A stretch of DNA of 41,878 nt from Eubacteriales bacterium (GTDB taxonomy: Bacteria; Bacillota; Clostridia; Oscillospirales; CAG-382): NCBI GenBank assembly GCA_045651025.1, contig JAZRRU010000070.1, positions 1 to 41,878 of the forward strand. Reading direction: 5' to 3'. Position numbers and translations under genes: made by a program. Each line of letters starts with the position of its first letter. Position 1 is the stretch's first letter. This document shows positions 9,133-16,717 of this stretch, one piece after another. The notes under the pieces are model-generated. The model saw nothing but the letters and a program-made list of their open reading frames with translations. It was not told the DNA's origin and searched no databases.

Positions 9133-9149
9133 TATATTTACCTCACGAT

Positions 9150-11609
9150 CTACTTTTTGAGTCCAAGCATTTCGATGGATTCATCACGCATTTTGTATTT
9201 GAGGATCTTACCTGCGGCATTCATCGGGAACTGATCGACGAAAACGAAGTATCTCGGAACCTTGTGACGCGCGATATACGCGTTTCCGAACTCCTTCATC
9301 TCGGCTTCGTCCGCCGTTTCACCTTTGTGAAGAATAACCCATGCACAGCATTCCTCACCGTATCTTTCGTCCGGAACGCCGACGCCCTGAACGTCGCGAA
9401 CCTTCGGGTTTGTAAGATAAAATTCTTCGATCTCGCGGGGATAGAGGTTCTCGCCGCCGCGGATGATCATATCCTTGAGTCGGCCTGTGATCTTGTAATA
9501 TCCGTCGGGAGTTCTGCAAGCGATGTCGCCCGAATGGAGCCATCCGTCTGCATCGATCGCCTGCGCGGTTGCCTCGGGCATTTTGTAATATCCCTTCATG
9601 ATGTTAAAACCGCGTGCAACGAACTCGCCGCTTTCGCCGTCGGGAAGCTCCGAACCCGTTTCGGGATCGATGATCTTGCATTCAACTCCGGGGAACGCGC
9701 TTCCGACCGTCTCAACACGGTGATCAAGGTCTTCGTTAACCTCGCCCATCGTGCATCCGGGCGCCGCTTCGGTCTGACCGTAGACGGAAATTATCTCGCG
9801 CATGTTCATTTCAACGGCGGCGCGGCGCATCAGGTCCGCGGGACAGTTTGCACCTGCCATGATTCCCGTTCTCATGTATGAAAAATCGGGTTTTTCAAAA
9901 TCCTTGTGGTTGAACATCGCGATGAACATCGTCGGAACACCGTTGAAGCAGGTGATTCTTTCGTCGTTAACGCAAGCGAGCGACGATTTCGGCGAGAAAT
10001 AGGGGATGGGACAGAGCGTACCGCCGTGAGTCATCATCGAGGTCATCGAGAGAACCATGCCGAAGCAGTGGAACATCGGAACCTGAATCATCATGCGGTC
10101 TGCGGTCGAGAGGTCCATTCTGTCGCCGATGATCTTGCCGTTGTTGACGATATTTCTGTGGGTAAGCATAACGCCCTTCGGGAATCCCGTCGTACCCGAG
10201 GTGTACTGCATGTTGCATACGTCGTCGGGCTTTACGAGAGAAGCGCGTCTGCGAACCTCTTCACGCGGAACGAGCGAAGCGCGCGAGAGCATCTGCTCCC
10301 AGTTAAGACATCCGTCCATATTAAATCCAACCGTAACGACGTTACGGAGGAAGGGGAGATTCTTCGAGTAAAGGGGCTTGCCGGGGGTGAGATTCTTGAG
10401 CTCGGGACAGAGCTCGCTGATGATCTCTTTATAGTTAATATCCTTGCAGTCCTCGATCATAACGAGCGTGTGGGTGTCGGACTGACGAAGGAGATATTCG
10501 ATCTCGTGTATCTTGTATGCAGTGTTGACCGTAACGAGAACCGCGCCGATCTTCGTGGTTGCCCAGAACGTGACGTACCATTGAGGCACGTTCGTTGCCC
10601 AGACCGCAACGTGATCGCCCGCTTTTACGCCGAGCGAGATAAGTGCCGCGGCACATTCGTCAACGTCTCGACGGAACTGCTCGTAGGTTCGTGTGTAGTC
10701 AAGCGTAGGGTATTTGAACGCATACTGGTCGGGGTAATTCTTGCACATCGTGTCAAGAACGTCCGAGAACGTCGCGTCAATAAGGTCGTATTTTTTCCAG
10801 ACGTAGGTGCCGGTTTTTGCGCGGTTATAGTACGCGCGGTCAAAATCCTTTTTTTCGCGATTGAGCGACGAAATATAGTTTGCAAAATGAGTAAGAACGA
10901 TGTCCGCATCGTTGATCTCGTCGTTCCACGCCGCGCAGATAAATCCCTCGAAGTTAAGCGAAGAGAGCGCGTTGATAAGATTTTCGACGGGAAGCTCGCC
11001 CTCGCCGATAAGAACCGTTTTACCGTCCTTCATATCGCCGAGACGAACGTACTTTATGTACGCGCCGAGAACCTTGATCGTAGTTTCAGCCGTTTCACCC
11101 GCGCCGAAGTAAGTTCCTCTTACGTTCCAGCAGGCACCGATAACGGCAGACGAGAAAAAGTTGATTATGTCAATAACGTTTTGAGTATCCGAAAGAAAAC
11201 CGACCGTTTCGAGAAGAATATTTACGTCGCAATCCTCGGCACGCTTGATGGCGGGCGCGAGCTTTTCCTTCAAAACGTCGAAAGAAACCTCTTTTTCAAC
11301 GCGCACGATAACGTTCGAAACGCCCGAGACAGCCGCCATATCGACGTATTTCGTGATTGCTTCGGCGTTCGCCTCGTCGGATTCGATTGAGTAGGGGTAG
11401 TTAAGTGCGGAAACCGAAAGATTTCGGTTGATGAGCTTTCTTTTCGCGTCGGAAACGCGGTCACGGCGGAGAATACTGTCGTGATGCTGGTTGCGTTCTT
11501 TTATCGCATCGTATATCTCAAATCCCGAAAAGCCGTAGTCGTATGCATAACGGCAGGTATCGAGAAACGAGGGCCGATTCACATATTTTGTTGAAAATAC
11601 GATTTTCAT
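9150..11609 (-). CDS. fusion protein: xylose-isomerase-like TIM-barrel domain + acyl-CoA ligase (ANL family)
   Basis: aa 1-~250 resemble the AP-endonuclease-2/sugar-phosphate-isomerase barrel (NILLETVG, YVRLGDMKDG..GEGELP, FEGFICAAWNDE). aa ~260-819 carry YTSGTTGFPKGVMLTH, YGQTE, WLHSGD, GRLKDMIIRGGENLYPREIE and AAGKILK. The start lies 2 nt after the stop of the upstream gene. Confidence 0.8.
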   Translation of the reverse strand: MKIVFSTKYVNRPSFLDTCRYAYDYGFSGFEIYDAIKERNQHHDSILRRDRVSDAKRKLINRNLSVSALNYPYSIESDEANAEAITKYVDMAAVSGVSNVIVRVEKEVSFDVLKEKLAPAIKRAEDCDVNILLETVGFLSDTQNVIDIINFFSSAVIGACWNVRGTYFGAGETAETTIKVLGAYIKYVRLGDMKDGKTVLIGEGELPVENLINALSSLNFEGFICAAWNDEINDADIVLTHFANYISSLNREKKDFDRAYYNRAKTGTYVWKKYDLIDATFSDVLDTMCKNYPDQYAFKYPTLDYTRTYEQFRRDVDECAAALISLGVKAGDHVAVWATNVPQWYVTFWATTKIGAVLVTVNTAYKIHEIEYLLRQSDTHTLVMIEDCKDINYKEIISELCPELKNLTPGKPLYSKNLPFLRNVVTVGFNMDGCLNWEQMLSRASLVPREEVRRRASLVKPDDVCNMQYTSGTTGFPKGVMLTHRNIVNNGKIIGDRMDLSTADRMMIQVPMFHCFGMVLSMTSMMTHGGTLCPIPYFSPKSSLACVNDERITCFNGVPTMFIAMFNHKDFEKPDFSYMRTGIMAGANCPADLMRRAAVEMNMREIISVYGQTEAAPGCTMGEVNEDLDHRVETVGSAFPGVECKIIDPETGSELPDGESGEFVARGFNIMKGYYKMPEATAQAIDADGWLHSGDIACRTPDGYYKITGRLKDMIIRGGENLYPREIEEFYLTNPKVRDVQGVGVPDERYGEECCAWVILHKGETADEAEMKEFGNAYIARHKVPRYFVFVDQFPMNAAGKILKYKMRDESIEMLGLKK

Positions 11610-11611
11610 TC

Positions 11612-13000
11612 TTAGTTCTCCTCAAAAACGATCTTGTTGAGGGCGTTGATGTACGCTCTGATGCTTGCCGCAACGATGTCTGTGGAGATTCCGTTGCCCG
11701 AGTAGAGTTTTCCGTTGTTGCGGAGGCGTACGAGAGCCGAACCGAGTGCCTCTTTGCCTTCGGTTACCGACTGAACCTGAAAATCGTCGAGCTCGTAGTG
11801 ATAACCGACGCACTGCTCGATCGCGCGGAACGCCGAGTCGATAGGACCGTCACCCGTGCTGACGCCCGAGATGATCTCGCCGTCGCATTTGAGAGTTACC
11901 TGTGACATAGAGCTAGTGAGGTTACTGCTGTTAGTGGTATAACTCTCGAGATGATAGGTCGAGGGTGCCTGCATCGCAGAGCTTGCGATAAGCGCCTCGA
12001 GCTCCTTCGCACCGACTGCACCCTTCTTCTCGCAGACCTGCATGAGCGCTTTGTGAACGTTTCCGCAGTCGGACTCGTTGAGGTCATATCCGAGAAGCTG
12101 AGCCGCCTGTGCAACCTGCGCGATAGAGCTGTCGGAATCGAGAAGTATCTTCTTCTTTTCGCTTACGGTTTCGTCGGATTCGTAGGATTCGTGGTTTATG
12201 CTTGCAAGCATATCTTCGATGCTTGCGTGAATTTTCGTGTTGTTGAGGTCGGTGCCTGCATCAAGCTGGGATGCGCAAATATTCACCGCATCCGCGATCT
12301 CGCCAGTGAGAAGCACGTTCTTTCCCGCCATCGCGCATTTGAGTCCGTCTGCACCGTTTTTGATAGCCGCAACCGCCGACGCAACCGCCATGTTGATGCG
12401 GTCGGAAACCTGAACGTAAACAGGAGCGTCGATTTCTGCTTTGACCTTCATGACAAGATCGGCGATCTCGTCGGGGAGGGAAATACCCGCATCGTCGCAG
12501 AGCGTGATAACGCCCGCGCCGTTTTCTTTTGCTTCCCTTGCCGCAGAAATAAGGAACTCAACGTCGGCTCTCGTCGCGTCGAGCGCGCAGAATTCAACGT
12601 CTGCACAGAGTTCTTTTGCCGCTTTTACGAGCTCTGCGATCTTGAGGAGCATTTTTTCGGCTTTTACGTGGTAGGTATATTCCATCAAAACGGTCGAAAC
12701 GGGAAGCGCAACCTGAAGTCGGGGATTCTTCGCTTCCTTGATGCATTCGAAAGCGTTCTTCACGTCGTCAGCCGTAAAACCGACGGGAATCGCAACGATT
12801 GCGTTCTTTACGTTTTGACAAATAGTCTTGTATATAATAGCATCCTCGCGAAGATTCTTCACGGGCGCGAGCTCAATTGCGTTCGCACCGATTCTGTCAG
12901 CGCAAACGGCGATTGCGGTCTTTTCACGGAAAAGAAGCGCGATCTCGCGATCCTCGGAGAGCTTTTTGAGAGTAATGTCGGAAATGATTATGTTTTTCAT
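11612..13000 (-). CDS. LeuA (2-isopropylmalate/citramalate synthase)-like protein with degenerate catalytic motifs and a retained LeuA_dimer-type C-terminal domain
   Basis: The overall layout is collinear with IPMS. The C-terminus VTEGKEALGSALVRLRNNGKLYSGNGISTDIVAASIRAYINALNKI matches the regulatory domain. The N-terminal DTTLRDGEQ motif reads DITLKKLSE, and HxHNDxG reads QVSDRIN. Start chosen at ATG 13000 (AAAGGA RBS); ATG 13018 lacks an SD. Confidence 0.75.
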   Translation of the reverse strand: MKNIIISDITLKKLSEDREIALLFREKTAIAVCADRIGANAIELAPVKNLREDAIIYKTICQNVKNAIVAIPVGFTADDVKNAFECIKEAKNPRLQVALPVSTVLMEYTYHVKAEKMLLKIAELVKAAKELCADVEFCALDATRADVEFLISAAREAKENGAGVITLCDDAGISLPDEIADLVMKVKAEIDAPVYVQVSDRINMAVASAVAAIKNGADGLKCAMAGKNVLLTGEIADAVNICASQLDAGTDLNNTKIHASIEDMLASINHESYESDETVSEKKKILLDSDSSIAQVAQAAQLLGYDLNESDCGNVHKALMQVCEKKGAVGAKELEALIASSAMQAPSTYHLESYTTNSSNLTSSMSQVTLKCDGEIISGVSTGDGPIDSAFRAIEQCVGYHYELDDFQVQSVTEGKEALGSALVRLRNNGKLYSGNGISTDIVAASIRAYINALNKIVFEEN

Positions 13001-13050
13001 TTTTCTGGTTCCTTTCATTGTGGGAGCGAAAATATTTTTGAAGCTTCAAC

Positions 13051-13325
13051 AAAAAAACGTTTCCGTCTCCTTGTCGATCCAAAGAGACGAAAACGTCAAA
13101 AAAACATTTCCGCGGTACCACTCTTTTTCATCCGCTTCGGATGCACTCAGATGCAATCACATCTATGCTCTGTAACGGGAGCACCCGTCTGCCCTTACTT
13201 CGAAAATTCACGGCAGACGCTCCGCGGTGAGTTCTGCGAACCTTCCCCGATGCCTCGCACCAAACGGCATCTCTCTCAAGGCGAAAGTATTTCGCGTACT
13301 ATTCCGCATCACAGCGTTTAATATT
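13051..13325 (-). promoter_or_regulatory. T-box riboswitch leader, Leu (CUC) specifier
   Basis: Minus-strand RNA features:
- Basal helix GCGG/CCGC.
- Specifier loop AAUAGUA / AGAA-CUC-A (CUC at 13229-13231).
- AGAGAG bulge.
- Distal loop GGUGCGAG.
- T-box GAGUGGUACCGCG (13111-13123).
- Terminator CGUUUUCGUCUC-N14-GAGACGGAAACG plus U7 (13051-13095). Confidence 0.88.
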
Positions 13326-13332
13326 GAGTCGT

Positions 13333-13361
13333 ATTTTACCACGTTATCGCGGTTTTGTCAA
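13333..13361 (-). promoter_or_regulatory. sigma-A promoter (extended -10) for the Leu T-box operon
   Basis: Minus strand reads TTGACA (13361-13356), 17-nt spacer ending in TGg, TAAAAT (13338-13333). Confidence 0.75.
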
Positions 13362-13382
13362 GATATTTTTCGATTTTGAGTG

Positions 13383-14936
13383 TTAACAATTTTCGTTCAG
13401 GCATTCAAAAATCTCATCAACCTCTTTCGCGTTGCGCTTCTTCGTGAATGCGCTTACGATCGGCACGACGATGAACGAAACAGCCATCGCACAAACACCC
13501 ATCTCTGGCGATTTTGCCGCTGCGGATGCAAAATTCGAGTTAAGCGTGATAACGAGCGTCGAAATACCGACGGTGAGAAGTCCTGCGACCATACCTGCGT
13601 ATGCACCGGCCTTCGTGATCTTCTTCGAAAAGAGTCCCCAGATGTAGGGTCCGATGAAGCAACCCGAAACGACGCCCCACGAGAACGACATAAGACTTAC
13701 GATGATCGGAATGTCCTGCGTTGCAAAAATGAACGAGCACGCAACGAACGCGAGACAGAAAAGACGGGTGAGAAGCATTTGGTTGTCGGGATTTATCGTC
13801 TTTTTGCTGACAGTGGGGATGAAGTCGACTGCAACCGCCGACGCCGAAGTAAGAACGATCGACTGAAGCGTTGACATCGAAGCGGAGATCAACAGAATTA
13901 TAATAAGCGCAAGAAGAATGATCCCAAAAGTTCCGTTTGTCAGAACCGTCATAAGTACGCTCGGTATTACCGAGTCAATACCGCCCTCGGGGAGTTGACC
14001 TCCAAGAATAAGACGCGACGTACTGCCGATGAGGTATGCACCACAGCCGATAACCGCACAGAAAATCGTCGAGATGATCGTTCCGCGCTTGATTGCCGCC
14101 GTGTCCTTGATCGCATAGAACTTGCCGATCATCTGCGGGAGCCCCCACGTACCGAAGCTCGTGAGCATGATGTTGAAGCACAAGAACCTGAAAGCGTTAC
14201 CGCCGAAGATGTTGGTAAGCTGGCTTCCCGTGACGGGATTCGGGTCGTCGGGAAGCGGCTTGAAGCTACCGAGATTTTCCAAGAGCCCCGAAATACCGCC
14301 GACGCTTTCGTGGTTAAGCACGACGAAAACAAGGCAAACAACGCCTGCAATCATAATAACGCCCTGAATAAGGTCGGTGTAAGCCGTCGCGACGTATCCG
14401 CCCGCAACAAGGTAAACCGCAGTAAGACAAGCGATCATAAGCATCCAAACCCAGGTTTCAACTCCGGGGAATACTGCGTTGAAGATCGAACCGAGCCCCT
14501 TGTAAACAGCGGCTGTATAGGGTACGAGAAACACGAAGATAACGACCGAAGCCAAAAGCTTCATCTTTTTCGAGGAGTATCTCTTCTCGAAATATTCGGG
14601 CATGGTTTTTGCGTTGAGCTTTTTCGTGATCTTTCTCGTGCGGTTCGCAAACAAAAGCCACGAAAGGAGACAACCGAGAACTGCGTTGCCAACACCGATC
14701 CAGATACTTCCGAGCCCGATGTTCCAACCGTGCTGACCTGCGTATCCGACAAAAACGACCGCCGAAAAATAGGTCGTGCCGTATGCGAACGCCGTCGACC
14801 AAGCGCCGATGTTTCGCCCTCCTATAAGAAAATTATCAAGAGTTTTTGATTTGCCGTAACTTATACAACCGACAAGTGCCATCAAAACTGCATATATGCA
14901 GAGACCTATGATTGTGTAAAGCTGTGCATCTGTCAT
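13383..14936 (-). CDS. sodium:solute symporter (SSS) family transporter
   Basis: 517-aa polytopic protein with an SSS-like N-terminal pattern (FLIGGRNIGAWSTAFAYGTTYFSAVVFVGYAG) and about 13 hydrophobic segments. An AGGAGG RBS precedes it, and a Tyr T-box lies directly upstream. Confidence 0.85.
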   Translation of the reverse strand: MTDAQLYTIIGLCIYAVLMALVGCISYGKSKTLDNFLIGGRNIGAWSTAFAYGTTYFSAVVFVGYAGQHGWNIGLGSIWIGVGNAVLGCLLSWLLFANRTRKITKKLNAKTMPEYFEKRYSSKKMKLLASVVIFVFLVPYTAAVYKGLGSIFNAVFPGVETWVWMLMIACLTAVYLVAGGYVATAYTDLIQGVIMIAGVVCLVFVVLNHESVGGISGLLENLGSFKPLPDDPNPVTGSQLTNIFGGNAFRFLCFNIMLTSFGTWGLPQMIGKFYAIKDTAAIKRGTIISTIFCAVIGCGAYLIGSTSRLILGGQLPEGGIDSVIPSVLMTVLTNGTFGIILLALIIILLISASMSTLQSIVLTSASAVAVDFIPTVSKKTINPDNQMLLTRLFCLAFVACSFIFATQDIPIIVSLMSFSWGVVSGCFIGPYIWGLFSKKITKAGAYAGMVAGLLTVGISTLVITLNSNFASAAAKSPEMGVCAMAVSFIVVPIVSAFTKKRNAKEVDEIFECLNENC

Positions 14937-14961
14937 TTCTGTTACCTCCTAACGGGGAAAA

Positions 14962-15232
14962 TAAAAAGCCCCCGTATTCCAAAATGAATACAGAGGACGA
15001 GAAAACCCGTGGTACCACCTCTATTTACCGTTCTCTCGCGATCACGGCCTTTCCGAGTGCCAATCAGCACCCTCGTTCTGTGACGGGAACTCCCGTTGCG
15101 GCCTACTCGGTTCACCCTTTCGGTGCACTGCTCGCAGAATGTATTCAGCAAGAACGTCCCCATTGTCTCGCACCACCCGACAACTCTCTCAAGGCTTCGA
15201 AAATGCCTACTTGTTTCTGCTCAAACGCATTT
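14962..15232 (-). promoter_or_regulatory. T-box riboswitch leader, Tyr (UAC) specifier
   Basis: Minus-strand RNA features:
- Basal helix GCAGAA/UUCUGC.
- Specifier loop ACAAGUA / GAA-UAC-A (UAC at 15141-15143).
- AGAGAG bulge.
- Distal loop GGUGGUGCGAG.
- T-box GGUGGUACCACG (15008-15019).
- Terminator hairpin (14969-14996) followed by a U-rich run. Confidence 0.88.
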
Positions 15233-15238
15233 TTTAGC

Positions 15239-15267
15239 ATACTATCACACTTCGATAATGAAGTCAA
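15239..15267 (-). promoter_or_regulatory. sigma-A promoter (extended -10) for the Tyr T-box/SSS unit
   Basis: Minus strand reads TTGACT (15267-15262), 17-nt spacer ending in TGa, TAGTAT (15244-15239). Confidence 0.7.
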
Positions 15268-15374
15268 GAGCAAAAATCAAATTTTTCATATTTTTTTCGA
15301 ATCCGAGAAATTCCTATTGTTATTTGTCGGAAACTGTTGTATTATATAGGAAAATAGCGTAAGGGGGAATTGAT

Positions 15375-16256
15375 ATGGAAAGACAAATCTCAACCCAATC
15401 TCTTGAACTCATAAAAAAAATGCAGCAAAACGAGCTTACCGAGAGCGTCGTTTATGAAAAAATCGCAAAATTCGCAAAAGGCGAGGAAAACAAAAAAACT
15501 CTTCTCCGCCTCTCGCAGGAAGAGCTCAACCATTATAATATCTGGAAATCCTATACGGGCATCGAAATGAAGCCCGAAAAGGCGAAAGTCCTCAAATACA
15601 CGTTTTTCGCTCGCATCTTCGGCTTCACCTTCGCCGTGAAGCTTATGGAACGCGGTGAAGAGATGGCGCAGGAAAAATATGCGGCGCTTATCGAAGAAGT
15701 TGAGGAAAGCGTTGAAATACGTGCTCAGGAAGAGGAGCACGAAAACGCACTTCTCGATATGCTTGACGAAGAACGCTTGCAGTACGTCGGAAGTATGGTT
15801 CTCGGTCTCAACGATGCGCTCGTCGAGCTTGCGGGCAGTCTTGCCGGCTTTACGTTCGCGTTGCAGGATACGCGCCTCGTCGCCCTCTCCGGACTTATCG
15901 TCGGTATTTCCGCGACGTTTTCGATGGCATCGAGCGAGTTTCTCTCTGCGAAAAGCGAGGGACGCTCGGACGCGCTGAAATCCTGTACTTATACGGGCGT
16001 TGCGTATCTCCTGACCGTCGTTCTTCTTATTCTGCCCTATATCCTCTTCGACCCGAGACAATATATCGCCGCACTCGTCTTTATGCTCTTGATAATCGTC
16101 GGCATAATCGCCGGATTTACATATTATACTTCGGTCGCAAAAGACCAACCCTTCCTCTCGCGCTTTACCGAGATGTCGGTCATAAGCATCAGCGTTGCCG
16201 TCCTCTCCTTCTTCGTCGGTATTCTCGCAAAAGAATTCCTCGGCGTCGACGTTTGA
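15375..16256 (+). CDS. VIT1/CCC1-family iron (Fe/Mn) transporter with an N-terminal ferritin/rubrerythrin-like domain
   Basis: Two ExxH pairs (EELNHY; EEEHEN) sit in a helical N-domain. A CCC1-type membrane domain follows (GLNDALVELAGSLAG, SMASSEFLS, three C-terminal TM helices). A GGGGGA RBS precedes it. Confidence 0.8.
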   Translation: MERQISTQSLELIKKMQQNELTESVVYEKIAKFAKGEENKKTLLRLSQEELNHYNIWKSYTGIEMKPEKAKVLKYTFFARIFGFTFAVKLMERGEEMAQEKYAALIEEVEESVEIRAQEEEHENALLDMLDEERLQYVGSMVLGLNDALVELAGSLAGFTFALQDTRLVALSGLIVGISATFSMASSEFLSAKSEGRSDALKSCTYTGVAYLLTVVLLILPYILFDPRQYIAALVFMLLIIVGIIAGFTYYTSVAKDQPFLSRFTEMSVISISVAVLSFFVGILAKEFLGVDV

Positions 16257-16265
16257 TAATTAATG

Positions 16266-16297
16266 AAAAAAGGTTCGCTTTATTGCGAACCTTTTTG
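16266..16297. terminator. bidirectional terminator between convergent genes
   Basis: AAAAAA-GGTTCGC-TTTATT-GCGAACC-TTTTT between stops at 16256 (+) and 16298 (-). Confidence 0.7.
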
Positions 16298-16522
16298 TTA
16301 TTTAACCCTTTTCGTAATATAAACCGCCGAAGCAATAACAGCGCCAACTACCAAAACACCGACAAGAACGTACGCCCACGCAAATTCCTTCCTCGGCGGC
16401 TCGGGTATCGCATTTTCAGCCCCCGAAACATCGGAAACCTCCGCGAAAACGGGCAAAACCGTGACGGTAAGTATCAAAATACATATAAAAACCGCAAAAA
16501 TAATTTTACCGAAATTAAGCAT
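16298..16522 (-). CDS. small secreted/membrane protein (signal-like N-terminus and C-terminal TM helix), function unknown
   Basis: 74-aa ORF with GAAAGGAAG RBS and its own near-consensus promoter. It is hydrophobic at both ends with a Pro/Glu-rich middle. No family recognised. Confidence 0.5.
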   Translation of the reverse strand: MLNFGKIIFAVFICILILTVTVLPVFAEVSDVSGAENAIPEPPRKEFAWAYVLVGVLVVGAVIASAVYITKRVK

Positions 16523-16549
16523 AACTTATCTTCCTTTCATTTCTTCGTT

Positions 16550-16579
16550 TAGTATATCCGTTATTCCTGCTTTTGTCAA
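16550..16579 (-). promoter_or_regulatory. sigma-A promoter for the 74-aa ORF
   Basis: Minus strand reads TTGACA (16579-16574), 18-nt spacer, TATACT (16555-16550). Confidence 0.55.
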
Positions 16580-16678
16580 GAAAAGGGAAGCGCACTGTTA
16601 AAATGCACAAACCGAGTTCGCGGTAGTTAATCGAGTCTGCGCCGAAACACCAAAAATGCAAAAAATGTCGAAAATACA

Positions 16679-16707
16679 TTGACAAATTAAAAGGAAATGC
16701 GTATTAT
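16679..16707 (+). promoter_or_regulatory. sigma-A promoter for feoAB
   Basis: TTGACA (16679-16684), 17-nt spacer, TATTAT (16702-16707). Confidence 0.7.
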
Positions 16708-16717
16708 AAAATATGCA

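Noticed and set aside
13001-13018. Upstream ATG (13018) as the start of the LeuA-like gene, and likewise ORF-track starts 7524, 23294, 37347, 25822, 17053, 24624 and 26372
   Set aside because: These extensions lack Shine-Dalgarno sequences, use non-ATG codons, or overlap T-box terminators or upstream genes. Internal ATGs with good RBSs were chosen instead, and the N-termini remain unverified.
7975-13321. Long plus-strand ORFs 7975-9234, 9108-9881, 9906-11390 and 11951-13321
   Set aside because: All are antisense to the metY, ligase-fusion and LeuA-like genes, which have clear family motifs. They arise from the same codon-bias artefact.
15268-15374. Promoter for the VIT1-like gene (TTGTCG ... 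TATTAT/TATATA around 15324-15350)
   Set aside because: The hexamer spacing is ambiguous (13 to 17 nt depending on the choice) and no clear -35/-10 pair could be fixed, so it is not listed as a feature.
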